Of a stretch of 64,000 nucleotides of DNA, positions 12,941-26,260 are shown in pieces. The position numbers and the translations under genes were made by a program. The DNA comes from Lama guanicoe. Lineage: Eukaryota. The notes beneath the pieces are model-generated. The model did not search any database. It was not told the DNA's origin and saw only the letters and a program-made list of their open reading frames with translations. Each line of letters starts with the position of its first letter. Position 1 is the first letter of the stretch. The DNA lies in contig MU053884.1 of the NCBI GenBank assembly GCA_013239625.1, positions 62,001 through 126,000 of the forward strand, read 5' to 3'.

Positions 12941-14262
12941 AGGCCAGTGGTCTCCACAGCAGGTCTGTCTCCAAGCCCAGGGCCAGCATGGTGACTCTGC
13001 TCCCCCTGTCTATTCTGGGAGGTCTAGGTGTCCTCTATGGCCCTTCCACCATTGTTTCTTTTGGAAACACCCCGCAGATGAAGTGGGCCTGAGAACAGGA
13101 GAGCTGGATGCCAACAGCCACTGCCCAGTGTGTGGCTCCTGTGAAGGACTCCTCTCCGTGGGCGCTGATCTCCCCTTCCCTCTCCCCCAACCCCACTCCT
13201 CTCCTCCTGCATTTCCCGATTGATCCCTGGATAATGGTCCATACCAAGAATGACCTGGGAGAGGTTTTATGAGTCTTTAAGGGAAAAAAAAAGAAATCTT
13301 TAGACAAATTACTGAAAGTAACTTCCAGCTTTCCCGGGAAAGCCCTCATTCCAATGTTTAAGGCTAGTTGACAGAGGGTCAAATTGCCTAACCACTCACA
13401 TCTGAGCAGGTGCTACCTCTCTCTCCAGCTCCCCGCAGCATCCTCCTGTGGCAACTTGGCCACAAGTGGGCAAGAAACCTCTTTCCCCAAGCCAGCGCCA
13501 GCGTGGCTTTGGAGGCAGTGGAGGCTGAGAGAAAGGACCCCGCCCTGAGGTTTGGGGGGCCTACAGCCACAGCCAGAGGAATGGGGGTTTTCAGAGTGGC
13601 CCAGCAGGGAAACCAGGCAAGGCCACCTGGCCCAAGTCTTCCCTGCCCAGAGAGCCCCATGAACTGCTTTGGGCCACACTCCCCGTTTGGGCCCCCTGCA
13701 AAAAGTTACCACGGGAGCCACACCTGAGAAGGCAGAAGGACAGCCCTTTAGCCTGGGGTCCCAGCAGGTGTGTCCTGTGAGACCTGTGGCCACATAAGTT
13801 CCTTGTCTCTCCAGGTCACTGAAGGGACTGTGCTGGGCATCTTGGTGGTCAGGGACATGGGAACACCTCTAAACTCTGAAGAAGGACAGAGAGACTCTTC
13901 CTGGAAGCAAGGATTCCAGGGAGACGCCTTGCTCAGAACTGGGGGACTGTGTCCTGAGTAGACTCCTGGGAGGCAATGTGGGCCTGTGGGGTCCTCTTCA
14001 GAGAAGGGAGCAGGTGTGATTTCTGGAGGTGGGGTCCTGCTTTGTCCAGGCATGTCCTTGTGTAAGACTCATTTACAAACACCTCCCAGTCCACCTAGGG
14101 GTGGCCCCAGGGTTGGGGTTAGAGGAGGAGAGTGAAGGGTGCAGACTTAGGGCCCCCTGACCCACACAGGGAGCCAAGGGTCAGTGGGAACATCTTGGGA
14201 GTGTAGTGCAGGGGTGGAGGACGAGCACTAAGAACATGCCAAGTCATGCAATAAAGTGACCC

Positions 14263-14603
14263 NNNNNNNNNNNNNNNNNNNNNNNNNNNNNNNNNNNNNN
14301 NNNNNNNNNNNNNNNNNNNNNNNNNNNNNNNNNNNNNNNNNNNNNNNNNNNNNNNNNNNNNNNNNNNNNNNNNNNNNNNNNNNNNNNNNNNNNNNNNNNN
14401 NNNNNNNNNNNNNNNNNNNNNNNNNNNNNNNNNNNNNNNNNNNNNNNNNNNNNNNNNNNNNNNNNNNNNNNNNNNNNNNNNNNNNNNNNNNNNNNNNNNN
14501 NNNNNNNNNNNNNNNNNNNNNNNNNNNNNNNNNNNNNNNNNNNNNNNNNNNNNNNNNNNNNNNNNNNNNNNNNNNNNNNNNNNNNNNNNNNNNNNNNNNN
14601 NNN
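14263..14603. other. Assembly gap (341 N)
   Basis: Run of N in the sequence. Confidence 1.
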
Positions 14604-16389
14604 ACCCAGGGGGTTAATGGGAGCACCTGAAGACCATGCCTGTAATGACCACCCTCATGGGATGGCCAAGGAGCCCGTGGTACCCAGGTCACCAAGTGAC
14701 CAAGTGACGAAGTTGTGAGGTTGGGTTGGGTATCCTGGGGGCATGTAGATTTCTGTGGTGAGCACGTGGGCCCAGCATTGCGGGATTCTGCACAAAGAGG
14801 GGCCTGCCGTCCTGATGATGGCTCCTAACACCTGCAGGGAAACCGCTCCCTGGGCTCCTGTAGGTCCATATTGAGAGTGTCCTGCCAGCCACGTGGGGTC
14901 ACCTTCCCCTGATGCAGAGGCAGACCTCTCCCCCTTGAGGCCCAGGGGACACCTGGCTCAGGTCCCACCTGTGTGCCCTGAACATGCAGAGCCCCAGAGC
15001 TCTGGCACAGCCTGGGGTGTGATCGTGTCGGGGCAGGAAAGGCCCAGGGAAGGGACTTATTCAGGGGAAGAGGCCACTCTGCAGGGATGCTGGACCTGGC
15101 AGCGATGAACTGCTTCAGGACTCCCCTGGGCTAGGCTTCCAAGCTGTGGGATGGAAGGGCCTCTCCTTCCTGCGGTGCAGTGGGGGAACTAGATCCACCG
15201 TCAGTGTCAGCCTTGAAAATGGAGGCTACACTACCTCCATTCCTGGAAAGAAAAATCAGGCCCCTCCAGTCCAGGTGACTCAGAAAGTCATTCAGCAATG
15301 TTCAGGGTCCCCACTTTAGGCTTTGAATTAGAGCTGAGCGGCTCAGGGGGCCAGATCCCTGTCCGTGACTCAGGGGGCCCCTGTCCGTGCCTCCAGGATT
15401 AGGCTTTCTGCTGGGGGACAGGATCCACACAAACACCTGTCTCTTCGTGGGACACTCCCCTCTGACCAGCTGGGAGGCAGGGTGCAGTTCTGGGAAATCG
15501 TGTTTCCATGAGCAAAGGGCCACGAAGTGGTGAGGGCACAGGAGACTGTGAGAATGAGTCCCACAGCCTTTCTGGAATCAAAAAACTGGCAAATGTGAAA
15601 AAGTGCATAATTTGTTTTATTGAACAGGCTGCTTATGTAAGTTTGGAGGGCCAGGTTCAAGGCCTCTGCATCCCTCCAGGACAATAGCCTCAAGAGAAGA
15701 ACAGACACAGCAGGAGGAGATCTGGGGTTTCTCCCAGGAATGGGGTGGAACAGGGATTTCTGAAGATTTGCAAGCAGTCCCCGACCACTGAGCACGGGGT
15801 TACAACCCATCGTGACCCCTGTCGTGTTTGGCTTGGGCTCTAGGTCTGGCCTACTCATGTATTCTTCCAGCTGAGTTCCAGAAACTCAGAGGGTGGATTT
15901 AGAGGGGCTGCATGTGGAAACTAGTGAGGAGGTGGAGGGTCCTTTATATTGAGTCCCTTCAGCCTAATCACCGTAGCTGAAGCCCAACACCCCCCAGGCC
16001 CCCAGGGTGGCCGTGGAGGGAGAGCAAGCCTGGCAGATGACCTAGGGGTCCCACTGCTGTGTCCCTCCCTTGCCTTCGTTCCCTTTCACTCCGGAAGGTG
16101 TGATTGTCTCCTGTCATGGTGGCCACCACAGTGTCCCTCCCAGAAATCTCTCTTCTCCATCAGGTGGGGTTCCCACCCCCGCTCAGCCTTCTCTCTGCAT
16201 GGATGCTGAAGGACCAGGCCCACCTGATGTTCTGAGCATGAGCAGTAAGGTGGAAACAAGGAAACCAATGGAAACAAAGAAGCAAGTGATTGTGGCAGGT
16301 CCCCACCCAGAGAAGCTGCCTTGAGTGGAAGGGAGGGTGTGGGCATGCCCATTTCTTTCCTGTCTCCCAGTGCTTTTAGCTTTCTTATT

Positions 16390-16476
16390 GCAGACCTGCA
16401 TGGTTGCAACAAAGTGATCTGCAAAACTGAAAATATTTACTCTCTCGCTTTTACAGAAAAGGGTGGCCAGCCTCTA
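16390..16476. mobile_element. MER58-like hAT fragment
   Basis: gcaaaactgaaaatatttactctctcgcttttacagaaaagggtggccagcctct resembles the recalled MER58 end. Confidence 0.55.
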
Positions 16477-17429
16477 GTCCCGGTACCAGGCAAGTGATTG
16501 GAGTTCCTTTCCAGTTTGGAAACATCTTGGCAGATCCAGGTTTGCAAGTCTTTAAGAGTAGTTACGGTGTTTTGCTTCTAAAATTTTTTACGGCTGTATA
16601 TACTTCTGAGATGCTGTTGTGCTGTGTAATTCTGAGCCGGGATTTTCTCAAACTGTTTCTCACTTCTTATACCAGACATTCCTAAATTCCAAGGGGAACT
16701 GCATATTAAGGAAGCTATGGAATTTAGGAAAAGGATACAGATCTCATTTCCTTTTAAACATCAAAACATCGATTCCATCATGGCAGTATTGGTTATGTGT
16801 TATTGATAGGGGAACTAAATAGTAAACAGATTAAAAGAAAATAGGGGATTTTAGGTACACAGGTTCATCTTTTCAATCTTTTTTGTAATGTTTGCAGTTT
16901 AAAATGACAATTCCAGAAAAACAGGCAGCCTCTTAGAATGAAATAGCATTTCCTCTGAACCATACTTATTTTTTATTTCATAGACAGCAGGAAGGTAATC
17001 ACACATCACACATTTGGGGACATCAAAGAGAAAATGTAACTTTCTGGGAGCGCACTCCCCCATCTCCCCCTGCTCTTTTCACTGTCATATTCTCCCTGGA
17101 AGGCTCTTTCTTATCTTCTGCTCATGGCTCCAGTAACTCTTTCTTCCTCCTCGTCCCTCAGCTGGTAAGTTTACTTTTCTACTTTGAAAAACCAAACAAG
17201 CCAACAGAAGAGAAATTTCACAAGCAACTCCCAGCACATCCGCTCGCCTTCTGATGTCTATGACCTCACTCTCGGTGCCCCACCTTTTATTGCAGGTGAC
17301 ATCGAAAGCCAGTTCCTCCAAAAGTCCCAAGGGCCCCATCCCTCCCATCTTCTCTGGGTTGTCACTCCCGAAACCATCCTCTCTTCACTACCTCATCTAT
17401 TTTGTTCTCCTGCTAGTTGGCTCCCATTA

Positions 17430-19525
17430 GTATATAAAGGTCCATCCTCTTAAAAGAAACAAACAGCACTCCTTGACCCTAATTCACCCCCACCAATTGC
17501 CACCCTGTGTCTTTGCAGCAAATTTTTAAGGAGTTGTTTAAACTCACTCTCTGCATCTTCTCCTGAGCCATCCCCTTTTACATCCACTCTGGCTCTTCCC
17601 CTGATCCCTCACTCTATGGAAACTGCCCTGTCAAGGCCATCAGTGACCCCACTTTGCTAAATATAGTGGTCAATTTTCAGTCCTCATCACGCATGGCCCC
17701 TCGGCAGCATTTGACCCAGCTCTTCCATCCCTCCTCCCCCGTGTTCCTGCTTCACTCAACCTCCAGCCTATCACTCTGTCTGCTTTCTGCTTTTGGTCTA
17801 CTGGCTGGTCCTTTGCCAATGTCTCCTATTTTTTCCAAACATATACTGTGGGTGTGACCCCTGGGTTGATTCCTGGGCCTCTCCTCTCTCAGCTATTCCT
17901 TTGGTGGAAGCAACCCAGCCTTGGAAATTGGCATGCCATCAATTTCTCAATTTCTCCAAAACTTCCTGATTTGCCCTTTCCATCTGGACCTTTATCCCTG
18001 AGACTCACATTCTTTTTCTTTCATTCATCTTCCTTTCACATTCATACATATGTTCTATTATGTAATTACTTTTCCAAATTTTGACTCTGTACATATATAT
18101 CATGTAAAATGCTCAAATCTGTATTATTTCCACTAAGATGCTTATTCTACCTTAGAACCTTTCTGCATTTCTGTATTTATGTGAATAAAGTGAATAGTAT
18201 TTCTACAAGCCTCAGAGCTAAACACTGTGTTTGTTTGGGGCTACTATGTAATACAAAATAATGATACATCAACATAGTCCTTTTTCATTTAATTTTATGT
18301 AACACCGAGATGAGGTTTTTGCACTGAAGACTGGTTTTATTGAAATTTTACCTACGTTATGGACAGTCAGTTTATCTGAAATCCCACATTTCTCCACTCT
18401 TCTGATATATTTTCCATTTGCATATATATAACATATATCTTGGCATGAAACAAAATTCCCAAATCAGTCACAGAATACAATTAATACATTTAAATTATAT
18501 TTTTTAAATGTTAAAAAGAAAAAAAACAGACTACTCTATCTATTAGGCATTTCTGTGGTAATATGTAATACAACCCTTAACCATAACATTGAAGAACTGG
18601 GCTGATACCAGCCCCTTTCCACCTGCTCAGCCCCACCTTGTCCCATCCCCTGTGGATGGAGTGGACATCCCTCTCGTTGTCCAGGTCCAGATGTTGGAAC
18701 CATGTTCTTTCTCTTTCTTTACACACACAGACAGCAAATCCAGCTTGTTAGAAATTTCTGGATACACTGTCTTCACTAACCACCTGCTTCCTGCTCCCTG
18801 CTCCCCGCCCTCCTAAGGGCCATCTTCAGCCCTTCCTGAACACCAATAGCCTCCTGTTTCCATCTTTGCTTTCCTACAATCTCTCATCCCCACAGAGTCA
18901 GAGGGAGCCTGTAAAAACATACATTGAGGGGGTGGGTGTTGCTCAGTGGTAGGACGCATGCTTAGCATGCATAAGATCCTGGGTTCAATCCTCAGCACCT
19001 TCATTAAAATAAATAAATTACCTCCCCCCAAAAAACACAAACACAAAAGCATAAGTTGGACTACATCACACTTCCCCTCAAAACTCATTAAACGGGTCAC
19101 TATTTCATTAGGGGCCAAAGTCGCCACAAAGTCCTCAGGACCCGGCGTGCTCTGCCTCTATGCCCACACTCTCCCTCTCACTCTGGGGGCCTCTGGCTCT
19201 GGCTCTTCTTCTTCCTCCCGATCAATTCTGCTTCAAGTTCATTACTCCGTGAGATCTGCCAGGATTGCCTTATTCCCTCCTGCCTGCCTCCCACCCCACC
19301 GCCATCCCACGAGTTTGCTCATATCACTCTTTTTTTAAAACATTTTTCCAAGCTCTTGCTACCCCCAACATGCTGCCTGTTTCCTCTGTTAAAACTCTGA
19401 GCCCCCAGTGATGGGAAGTCATGACCATTTTGTTGACTGATAAAGCCTGAGAGCCTTGGGAATGGGTCAAGTTAGGAGATTCCTGTACGTAGTAGGAGCT
19501 TATACAAATTTGCTGAATGAATGTA
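17430..19525 (+). mobile_element. Fragmented L2 LINE (RT-region remnant through 3' end), interrupted by younger insertions
   Basis: cactctatggaaactgccctgtcaagg...ctcggcagcatttgac resembles the L2 RT motifs HSTETAL and LSAAFD. The L2-type 3' end tttgctgaatgaatg is at about 19510-19523. Interrupted at about 18000-18590 by AT-rich sequence and at 18928 by a SINE. Confidence 0.65.
18928..19040 (+). mobile_element. tRNA-derived SINE (camelid type)
   Basis: ggggg tgggtgttgctcagtggtaggacgcatgcttagcatgcataagatcctgggttcaatcctcagcacc, with pol III A/B-box-like motifs and an A-rich tail. Confidence 0.85.
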
Positions 19526-22500
19526 GAGGCCCTGGTCCAAACCGATGGAGCACTTCTGTGTCCTGCTCAAGGAATAGCTGTCCTTTCCACCTGAGAGGGG
19601 GTGACAATTTCCATGGTGATCAAAGGCCAAGATCTTTTTGCTTTATGCTGTTAAACTTAGGCGGGGATACTGGGGGATCTTCATATATATTTATAAATTT
19701 GGTTCACTCTGCAGTTTGTCTTTGGTCTCTGTAAAATTTTGAGAAAATCTTTATGAGTGATCATTCTTCCATCAGATTGAACAGGGGGTAAGACCAAGCC
19801 TGTCCCAACGGCCATCCTCTGTGTCATGTTCTGGGACCCAGTAGATGCTCAGCACGTAAGTGAACAGACAGAAGTGAGTGAAGAGATGGGAGTATCTCCT
19901 TATTGTGTTGGCTGCACTCTGTCTGATGCCTTGAGATTTGGGGAAGGGTTTACAAGTGCGGAGAGGGGAGGTCAGGTCCTCTGTGCTCTTCCTGAGTGCC
20001 CTGGCCTTACCCATTCCTCCAGCCCCCTCTGGGCATCCAAGCCAAGGAGCTGGGCCACCGGGGGTTGTGTTGATCAATAATCCAACTTCACCCCATGTCC
20101 GGGGGTAGGTACACCTGGTTGTAGACTCTGGAGTCAGGTCCTTGGAGGAATTCCTCACCAAACTATGTTTTGGACCTTTTATTTTTCTCTGTAACCTCCA
20201 GTTGAAGAAGAAGATTGTCTTAGACACATGAAAGGTGAGGATGCCTACTATCCCCTCAGAACCCCGGTGGGGCTGGGAGTCTGCTGTTTGTACAGCCGGT
20301 GGGATCGTGTTATTTTGGGCATCCCTGTTCCTGAATTCCTGCAGTACACTCGGTGGTAAGGAAGGGGTGCCTGGCAGGGAGGGAAGTGGGTCGGGAGACG
20401 GCACAGCAAGGGAGATGTTAATCTGGGGTGTGTGGGAGCTTTCTGATGAATGGCATCTTGGTGCACGGAACTCTCCACACTCAGAGGGGTTCCCACTCCT
20501 GCTCCCGCAGGGGCCCTCTGATCAGTGTGCTGGGCTGTCAGGGGACCACAGGGGTCCCAGTGGGGATTACGGTGCCTTCAGGCAATGGGAAGTGAGGGGT
20601 GCAGAGGCACTTAAATTAACTGTGCACCCAAACCCAGCCCCCACCTCTTTCAGCCTGTTTCCTAATCTGCAAAACTGGAATGGTAGTAACCATCCCACGG
20701 GGTGGTTGATGGGCTGGGACAGACTAGACATTCAGGAGCTGGAATTCCTCTGTCCCCTGATTGTTTTCCTTCTTTCTGACTATTTGCTTTCACAAGCTCA
20801 GCCTCTCTGTCTCTCTCTCTTTCACTTCTAACTTTCTCTCATGCTCTGGTTTCATTTGCTTTCCAACCACCGCCCCTCCCCCTCACCAATCCCCAGATGA
20901 GTGAACTTGATTTCTCTGTGTCAGTTCCAAATTCCCAGGAAAGATGCTGTCTCCCTCTGGGTCTGTTGTCCAACCCATCAGTTGTGGCCAGAGGAGCGAG
21001 TCCCTCTGGAACCAGCAGAGGGTCTCTGCCCAGCCCCCCAGCCACCTCTGTGGGAGCACATAGCTCTCCGAAGAGGAGGTACTGGCTGTGACCTTGTGTC
21101 AGACAGTATGAATTTATGTTTCCTCTTGCTGTACCTTTATCCTCCTAAACAAAGATGAAAATTAAACACTCCCGGGATTTGTGTCATGGAACACTCAGGG
21201 TTGGGGCTAAGGGGGCTAGAATCTCTGCTGCATTTAAGGGGCTACAGTGAATCCCCAACAAGAGCCTGCAAAGGGAACACAACCAGCCACACCCGGCACT
21301 TAGGGCGCTGAGTCTGCTTGATGTTGAGCTAGGCTTGTGACCACAGCTCAGGGGTCTGGTCTGACCAGTTAGCCTTCGAAACCAACCAGCTTTGGATTCC
21401 TCAATCCCTCCCTGAGGTTTTACCTGAACCACCAGCTTCTGTATCTCTGAAGACAGATGCTGAGGACCCTTCACATAAGCCGTTTGCACAGCCCTGTGCA
21501 GGCCTTTGCACTGCACAGTCTGCCCGGCGAGCTGACCGAGGTTGGTATTTTACTGATGTTAGAAATAGTCTGGTTTCCCCATGCACTGTTTCACTGAACA
21601 AGCAACAGAAGCCACGCCTAGCTGATAAAAGCAAAAAGGGGACTTAATGAAAAGATACTGGGAGGGCGTGTGGAGTGGCCGGGACCGGTGCCAACCCAGG
21701 AGCTGTAGGAGGTGTTAGGGAACCCAGGCACCATGCCAGGCGGGGTGCTACCAGGCCCCCTGCCACCCCAGAAGGGACCCCCTCCACACGACCCTCCACC
21801 TCACTCACTTCAGGTTCATGTCCCAGCAGGGCCAGGTCACACTGCAGCCACCAGCACAAACCTCAGTGGGGGAGTTGGCCCCATCTCAGCTGAGGGCGTG
21901 CCTGGTGTGGGGAGATGCCCAGTTAGAGGAAGGCAGTTCTCCTACTGTTCCGAGTTAAGGTGCAAGTCAGTGCCCATCACTCAGGAGAGCCAGGCTGGTC
22001 GGACCTCATTGTGGTGACTAGGCTGTCTGAGTTCACTTATTACTTTCTATGTTTGAAGGCCCTGGAGGGAGAAAAAGTGAAGGTTCTAGTACTTATGTTG
22101 TGTTTCCCACGTATCAGATGTGGTAAGCAAGCCACTTCAGACAAGGCCCAGAGCAACCACGTTAATAGGCCATGGAGCAAGTCGTGCATTCAGGCCTCTG
22201 TGGTCCGGAAACCCGTGTCCCCATCGGCTCCGTAGTTACTAGTGGAAACTGGGGGGATTTATGGGACTGTGTGCTCCTGTGGGGGCTGGGATGTGTGTGT
22301 TTAAATCCAGATCTTCAGAAACTCGGCTAGAACAACAGCCACTGATTGCAGGGAGGCATAGGAGAGGAGGCTTCCAGCCTCTGGTCCAGCTCGTGTGGAG
22401 CTCAGAATTTGCTCCTTCTGTCCTGAAAACAACACCTGATCTGAGGGAGCTGCAAACCCACTGTTCTTCTTAGATCCCAGAAAACTGAGGGGAAAAACTG

Positions 22501-23914
22501 CTCCCAAACCAGAGAGGCAGCCGGGCAGGTTTGGAGAGTCACAGCTCCCAGGGAAGAACCAGCTTCTGTAAGAACCCCGGGGGAAGGCAGATTTAACAGG
22601 TCCCTGAGGCCAGCGGGAGGCTCAGCGTGGGGAAGTCTGAGCGTGACAACTCCAGGGGGCCAGTCAGAGGGGCCCCATGCTCTTTTTCATGCATTTTACT
22701 TCCAGGACTTTGCCCTGTTCTCAGAATGAAGGTCAGAGAAAATCTCCTCATGCTTCCTGCCTGGAAAGGATAAAATAATTCTATTGAAATACACCCAGAA
22801 CATTCTGTTTCATTGGGGGAAGTTGTTTTTCGTTTGTTTTTTTAATTAGAAATTATTTTACCAGAGCCTAACCAACGTGCGGGAAGGGAAATCCCTTCTC
22901 TGTCCCCCAAATTGGGCTGAGGGGAAACAGACACACTTGTGGAGGTCACAGCTCAAGGCACAAACTCAATGAGAACTAATTACAGGACTACAGATGCCCT
23001 GCTCTGTCCCACTCCCCCAACACCTTAGCTCTATGACAGTAGGGACTCTGTGTAATAACAGAAATAAATCTAAAAGAAGTAAATGTCTCAGAAGTGTCTA
23101 GGGAAAACCCAAAGAGAGCGGGGAGATGAAAACAAGGACACACAGGTACCTTTAGCCTCTCACACCAATAGCTGTAGCAAACTACACACAGCCCAGCCCC
23201 AATATATAAACAGAAAACCTCACAGAAGAAACTATTTATTTTGGTTCTCTTACCCAGTGCATTCCATGGTGCATCCTCGCCTAGAATTTACTGGAAGCAA
23301 ATCCATCTCAGAAGGGACATAACTGAAGAGGGATGGCTTTCCATACTCTGAGGGGCAGAGAAAGCACCAGCCTGGGTGAGAGCAAGGTGAGGGGTGGGGT
23401 AGGGGGTGGTCTGCCTTCTTCCCCAAATAAGGAAACTTCCTGAGGCCAGCACAGTGGGAGGGAGGGCCATGGGGTGGAAGCAGCCAGACTTCTTCCTGAG
23501 AACTGATGGGATGCCTCCAAGGGACCATTCAGGTGCCCAAACTGGGCCCTGTAGGTCTGCCTCAGAGCCCAGGACTGAGGTGGGCGCACAGCTGGCAGGT
23601 CTTACTTCACCAGATCCATTTCACTGTCCCAAGCCCTGTGTAAAACATGAAGCGTGGATGGCCTGGTGAGCACAGCTCTGCCCTAAAGGCCGGTTTCAAC
23701 TCCTCTCTTCCTGGAAAACAGCATCTCTGAGCCCGTCCTGGGTGACCTCAGAGATCACCCTAGTGGCCCAGCCTAGTGACCAGGAGCATGTGCCTTCCTG
23801 CAGCCAACCCCAGAAGTCCACTGATGCATCATATACTGGCAAAGATGTGAGTTCCTGTGCATTGGTCTAACAGCAGAGACTCTGCCACAGGCCGAAGAGG
23901 TGGTGTGTGGGACA

Positions 23915-24095
23915 TGCAGGGGTGCAGGAGTGTAGGCAGTGCAAAGTTGTAAGTGGTGGCAGGGGTGCAGGGGCTGTGGAGGGCGCAGGCAGTTCAGGGG
24001 ATGCGGGGGTGCAGGGGTGCAAAAGTGCAGGGAGTGCAGATGTGCAGAGAGTGGCAGGGGTGCAAAGGTGCAGGGAGTGTAGGGGTGCAGGGAGT
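23915..24095. repeat. Degenerate (GGGGTGCA)-type minisatellite
   Basis: Repeated ggggtgcag / ggagtgcag / gagtgtagg units. Confidence 0.75.
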
Positions 24096-24099
24096 TGCT

Positions 24100-26260
24100 C
24101 AGGCACTTGGGTAGGATCAGAAGGCAAGTGCACATGCTTGCAGTCAGCCTGACCCCGGGAGGCTAGTGTAATGATTTTTGGGCGGCTGAGGTGGTGGCGG
24201 CAGTGGCGGCTGGTGGAAGGCTGCCCGGGCAAGCCGGTCGATTTCTTCTCTTCCCTGCAGCCTGGCTTGGGGGGGCTTGGCCGCCGGAGATTCCCCAGAT
24301 GTTGGACTCCAAGTAAGCTTGCTCCTGGGAGGTGGGGCTGTTAGGTCAGCGGGCGGCGGCAGCAGCAGGGGGGAAGAGCGGGTCTGCCCCTGGCGAACTG
24401 GTGGAATATCTGCCTTGTCCCAGCTGCCAGGCCTGGGAGAGGCCTCTGCTGCCCCAGGTCGCCGGACACACCTGTCCCACTCAGCTTGCTGAGTGGGGAG
24501 TGGAGGCGGTGTTGTTAAGGTGCGGGGCCAACAGGGGAAGGGGGGCTGCCACGTGGAAGCCGGTCAATTCGCTCTGCTCTCCCCCGCAGCGGAGCCAGGG
24601 GCAGCTTCTGCTGCCCTAGAGGCGGGACGCCAGTCTCCAGGTGAGCTTGCTCCTGGGAGGCGGGGTCAGCGGCGCTCGGGGGGAGGGGGGCCGTTCCAGG
24701 GAGCTGCTCCATTTCTTCTCTCCCCCGCAGCCTGGCATGGGGGCGACCTCTGCCGCCGGAGATTTGCCTGAGGTCTGACTCCAGGTGAGCTTGCTCCTGG
24801 GAGATGGGTGCGGTGCAGTCGTGGGGCTGGTAAGTTGGTGGCTGCGGGGATAGGGAGGCTGCCCCGGGGAGCTTGTGGATTACCTCCCATGTCTGTGACG
24901 CGTGGCCTGCAGGCGGCCTCTGCTGCGCCAGGTCCCGGGACACTTTGCCTGCTGGGGGCGGGAGGCAGGGCAGTCAGAGTGCAGGGGTGGCGGGGGTCGG
25001 GGGCCTGCAGTGGGGGAGCAGGCCCATTTGCTCCCATCTGCACCGAGGCTTGTCCTGGGGGCGGTCTCTGTTGCCCTGGGTAAGGAGACCCGTGTATCCT
25101 AGTAGGCCTGATCCTGGGAGACAGGCGTGGTACTTTGGGAATGGTGGCAACAACGGCAGGATATCCCTTGGAGCCTGTCCATTTGCTCCCATTTCCCCCC
25201 ATGGTTTGCCCTGGGGGCGGTCCCTGTTGTCCCAAGTTCTCCGGACGTCCATCTGCAGGTCAGCCTGTTCCCTAGAAGAGGCCACCGTGAGGTCAGGGGC
25301 AAGAGTGGTGGCTGCTGTGGGGGTGGGGGCTGCCTTGGGGAGCTGGTGGATTGGCTCCCGTCTCCCCGATGGCCTGGTGTGGGAGTGGCCTCTCCTGCCC
25401 CAGATCACAAGACAAACCTGTCCCATTGAGCCTGCTGGAGGAGGGGCACACTGGGTGGTGCCTTTAAGTGCAGATGTGGCGACAGCTGGGGTAGAGGACC
25501 TGCAGAGAGGAGCCTGTCAATTTACTCCCCTTGTCCCCGCGGCCAATCCTGGGGGCGTCCTCTGCTGCCCAAGAAGCCAAATGCCCGTCTCCAGGTCAGC
25601 TTGCGCCTGGGAGGCGGGCGCGATGCAGTCGAGGGGCAGAGGCAGCTGCGAAGGCCGCCTGCCCCATCTAATGGGGCCACTTCTTCTCCTCTCCCCTGAC
25701 CTGGTCTGGGAATGGCCTCTCCCGCCCAAGATTCGCCTGACACCCCACACCAGGTCAGGTTGCTCCTGGGAAGTGAGCGCGGTGAGATCAGGGGGTGGAG
25801 AGGAGAGCGGGGCTGCCCCTGGAAAGCTGGAGTATAAGCTCCCATCTCTCTGGAGGCCTGACGTGAGGGCAGCCTCTTCTGCCCCTCATTCTCAGGTCAC
25901 TCTTCTCCTGGTCATATTGCCCCAGGGGTGCGGTAGGGTGCGGGGGTGGCAGGGTGTTGGCAAGGGTATGGAGCCTGCCGCTTGGGAGCTGGTGGTTTAG
26001 CTCCCATCTCCCCCGCAGCTTGACCTGGGGGCAGCCTCTGTTTCCCCAGGTCGCAAAGCACAGTTTCCCTGACAGCCTAACCACCAGAGGTGGTCAGGAT
26101 GTGCTGAGGGGGCGGAAGCAGCTGCCAAGGCAGCAATGAAGGGGGCTGTCCCTGGCCAGCTGGTCAATTTGTTTCCATCTCAACCTTTGCTGCCCCAGTT
26201 TCGAAGGACGCCCTTCTCCAGTTTATCCTTCTCCTGGGAGGTGGGCACAGTGCATGCAGC
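24100..26260. repeat. GC-rich degenerate tandem array, ~160-bp unit, about 13-14 copies
   Basis: The core caggt(g/c)agcttgctcctggga(g) or a variant recurs at about 24146, 24317, 24484, 24645, 24789, 24946, 25107, 25264, 25430, 25599, 25758, 25900 and 26225. The motifs ccat(t)t..ctcccc and ggcctctgctgcccca recur in phase. Confidence 0.85.

Noticed and set aside
14228..14695. ORFs spanning poly-X
   Set aside because: Artefacts of the 341-N gap.
18928..19010. tRNA gene
   Set aside because: It has A/B-box-like motifs but also an A-rich tail, no convincing cloverleaf and three more diverged copies in the window, so it is a SINE.
24261..24784. 51-54-nt exon-like units as collagen exons
   Set aside because: No Gly-X-Y periodicity in any frame, and the lengths are inconsistent (52, 51, 54 nt).
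24873..26000. 375-aa ORF, the longest in the track
   Set aside because: It lies wholly within the GC-rich ~160-bp array, has a non-ATG start and no recognisable domain. Its repeated W-x-x-P-L-L-P pattern only reflects the DNA repeat, and stop codons are rare at this GC content.
24100..26260. CRISPR-like repeat-spacer array
   Set aside because: The context is mammalian, the whole unit is homologous and degenerate rather than identical repeats with unique spacers, and there are no cas genes.
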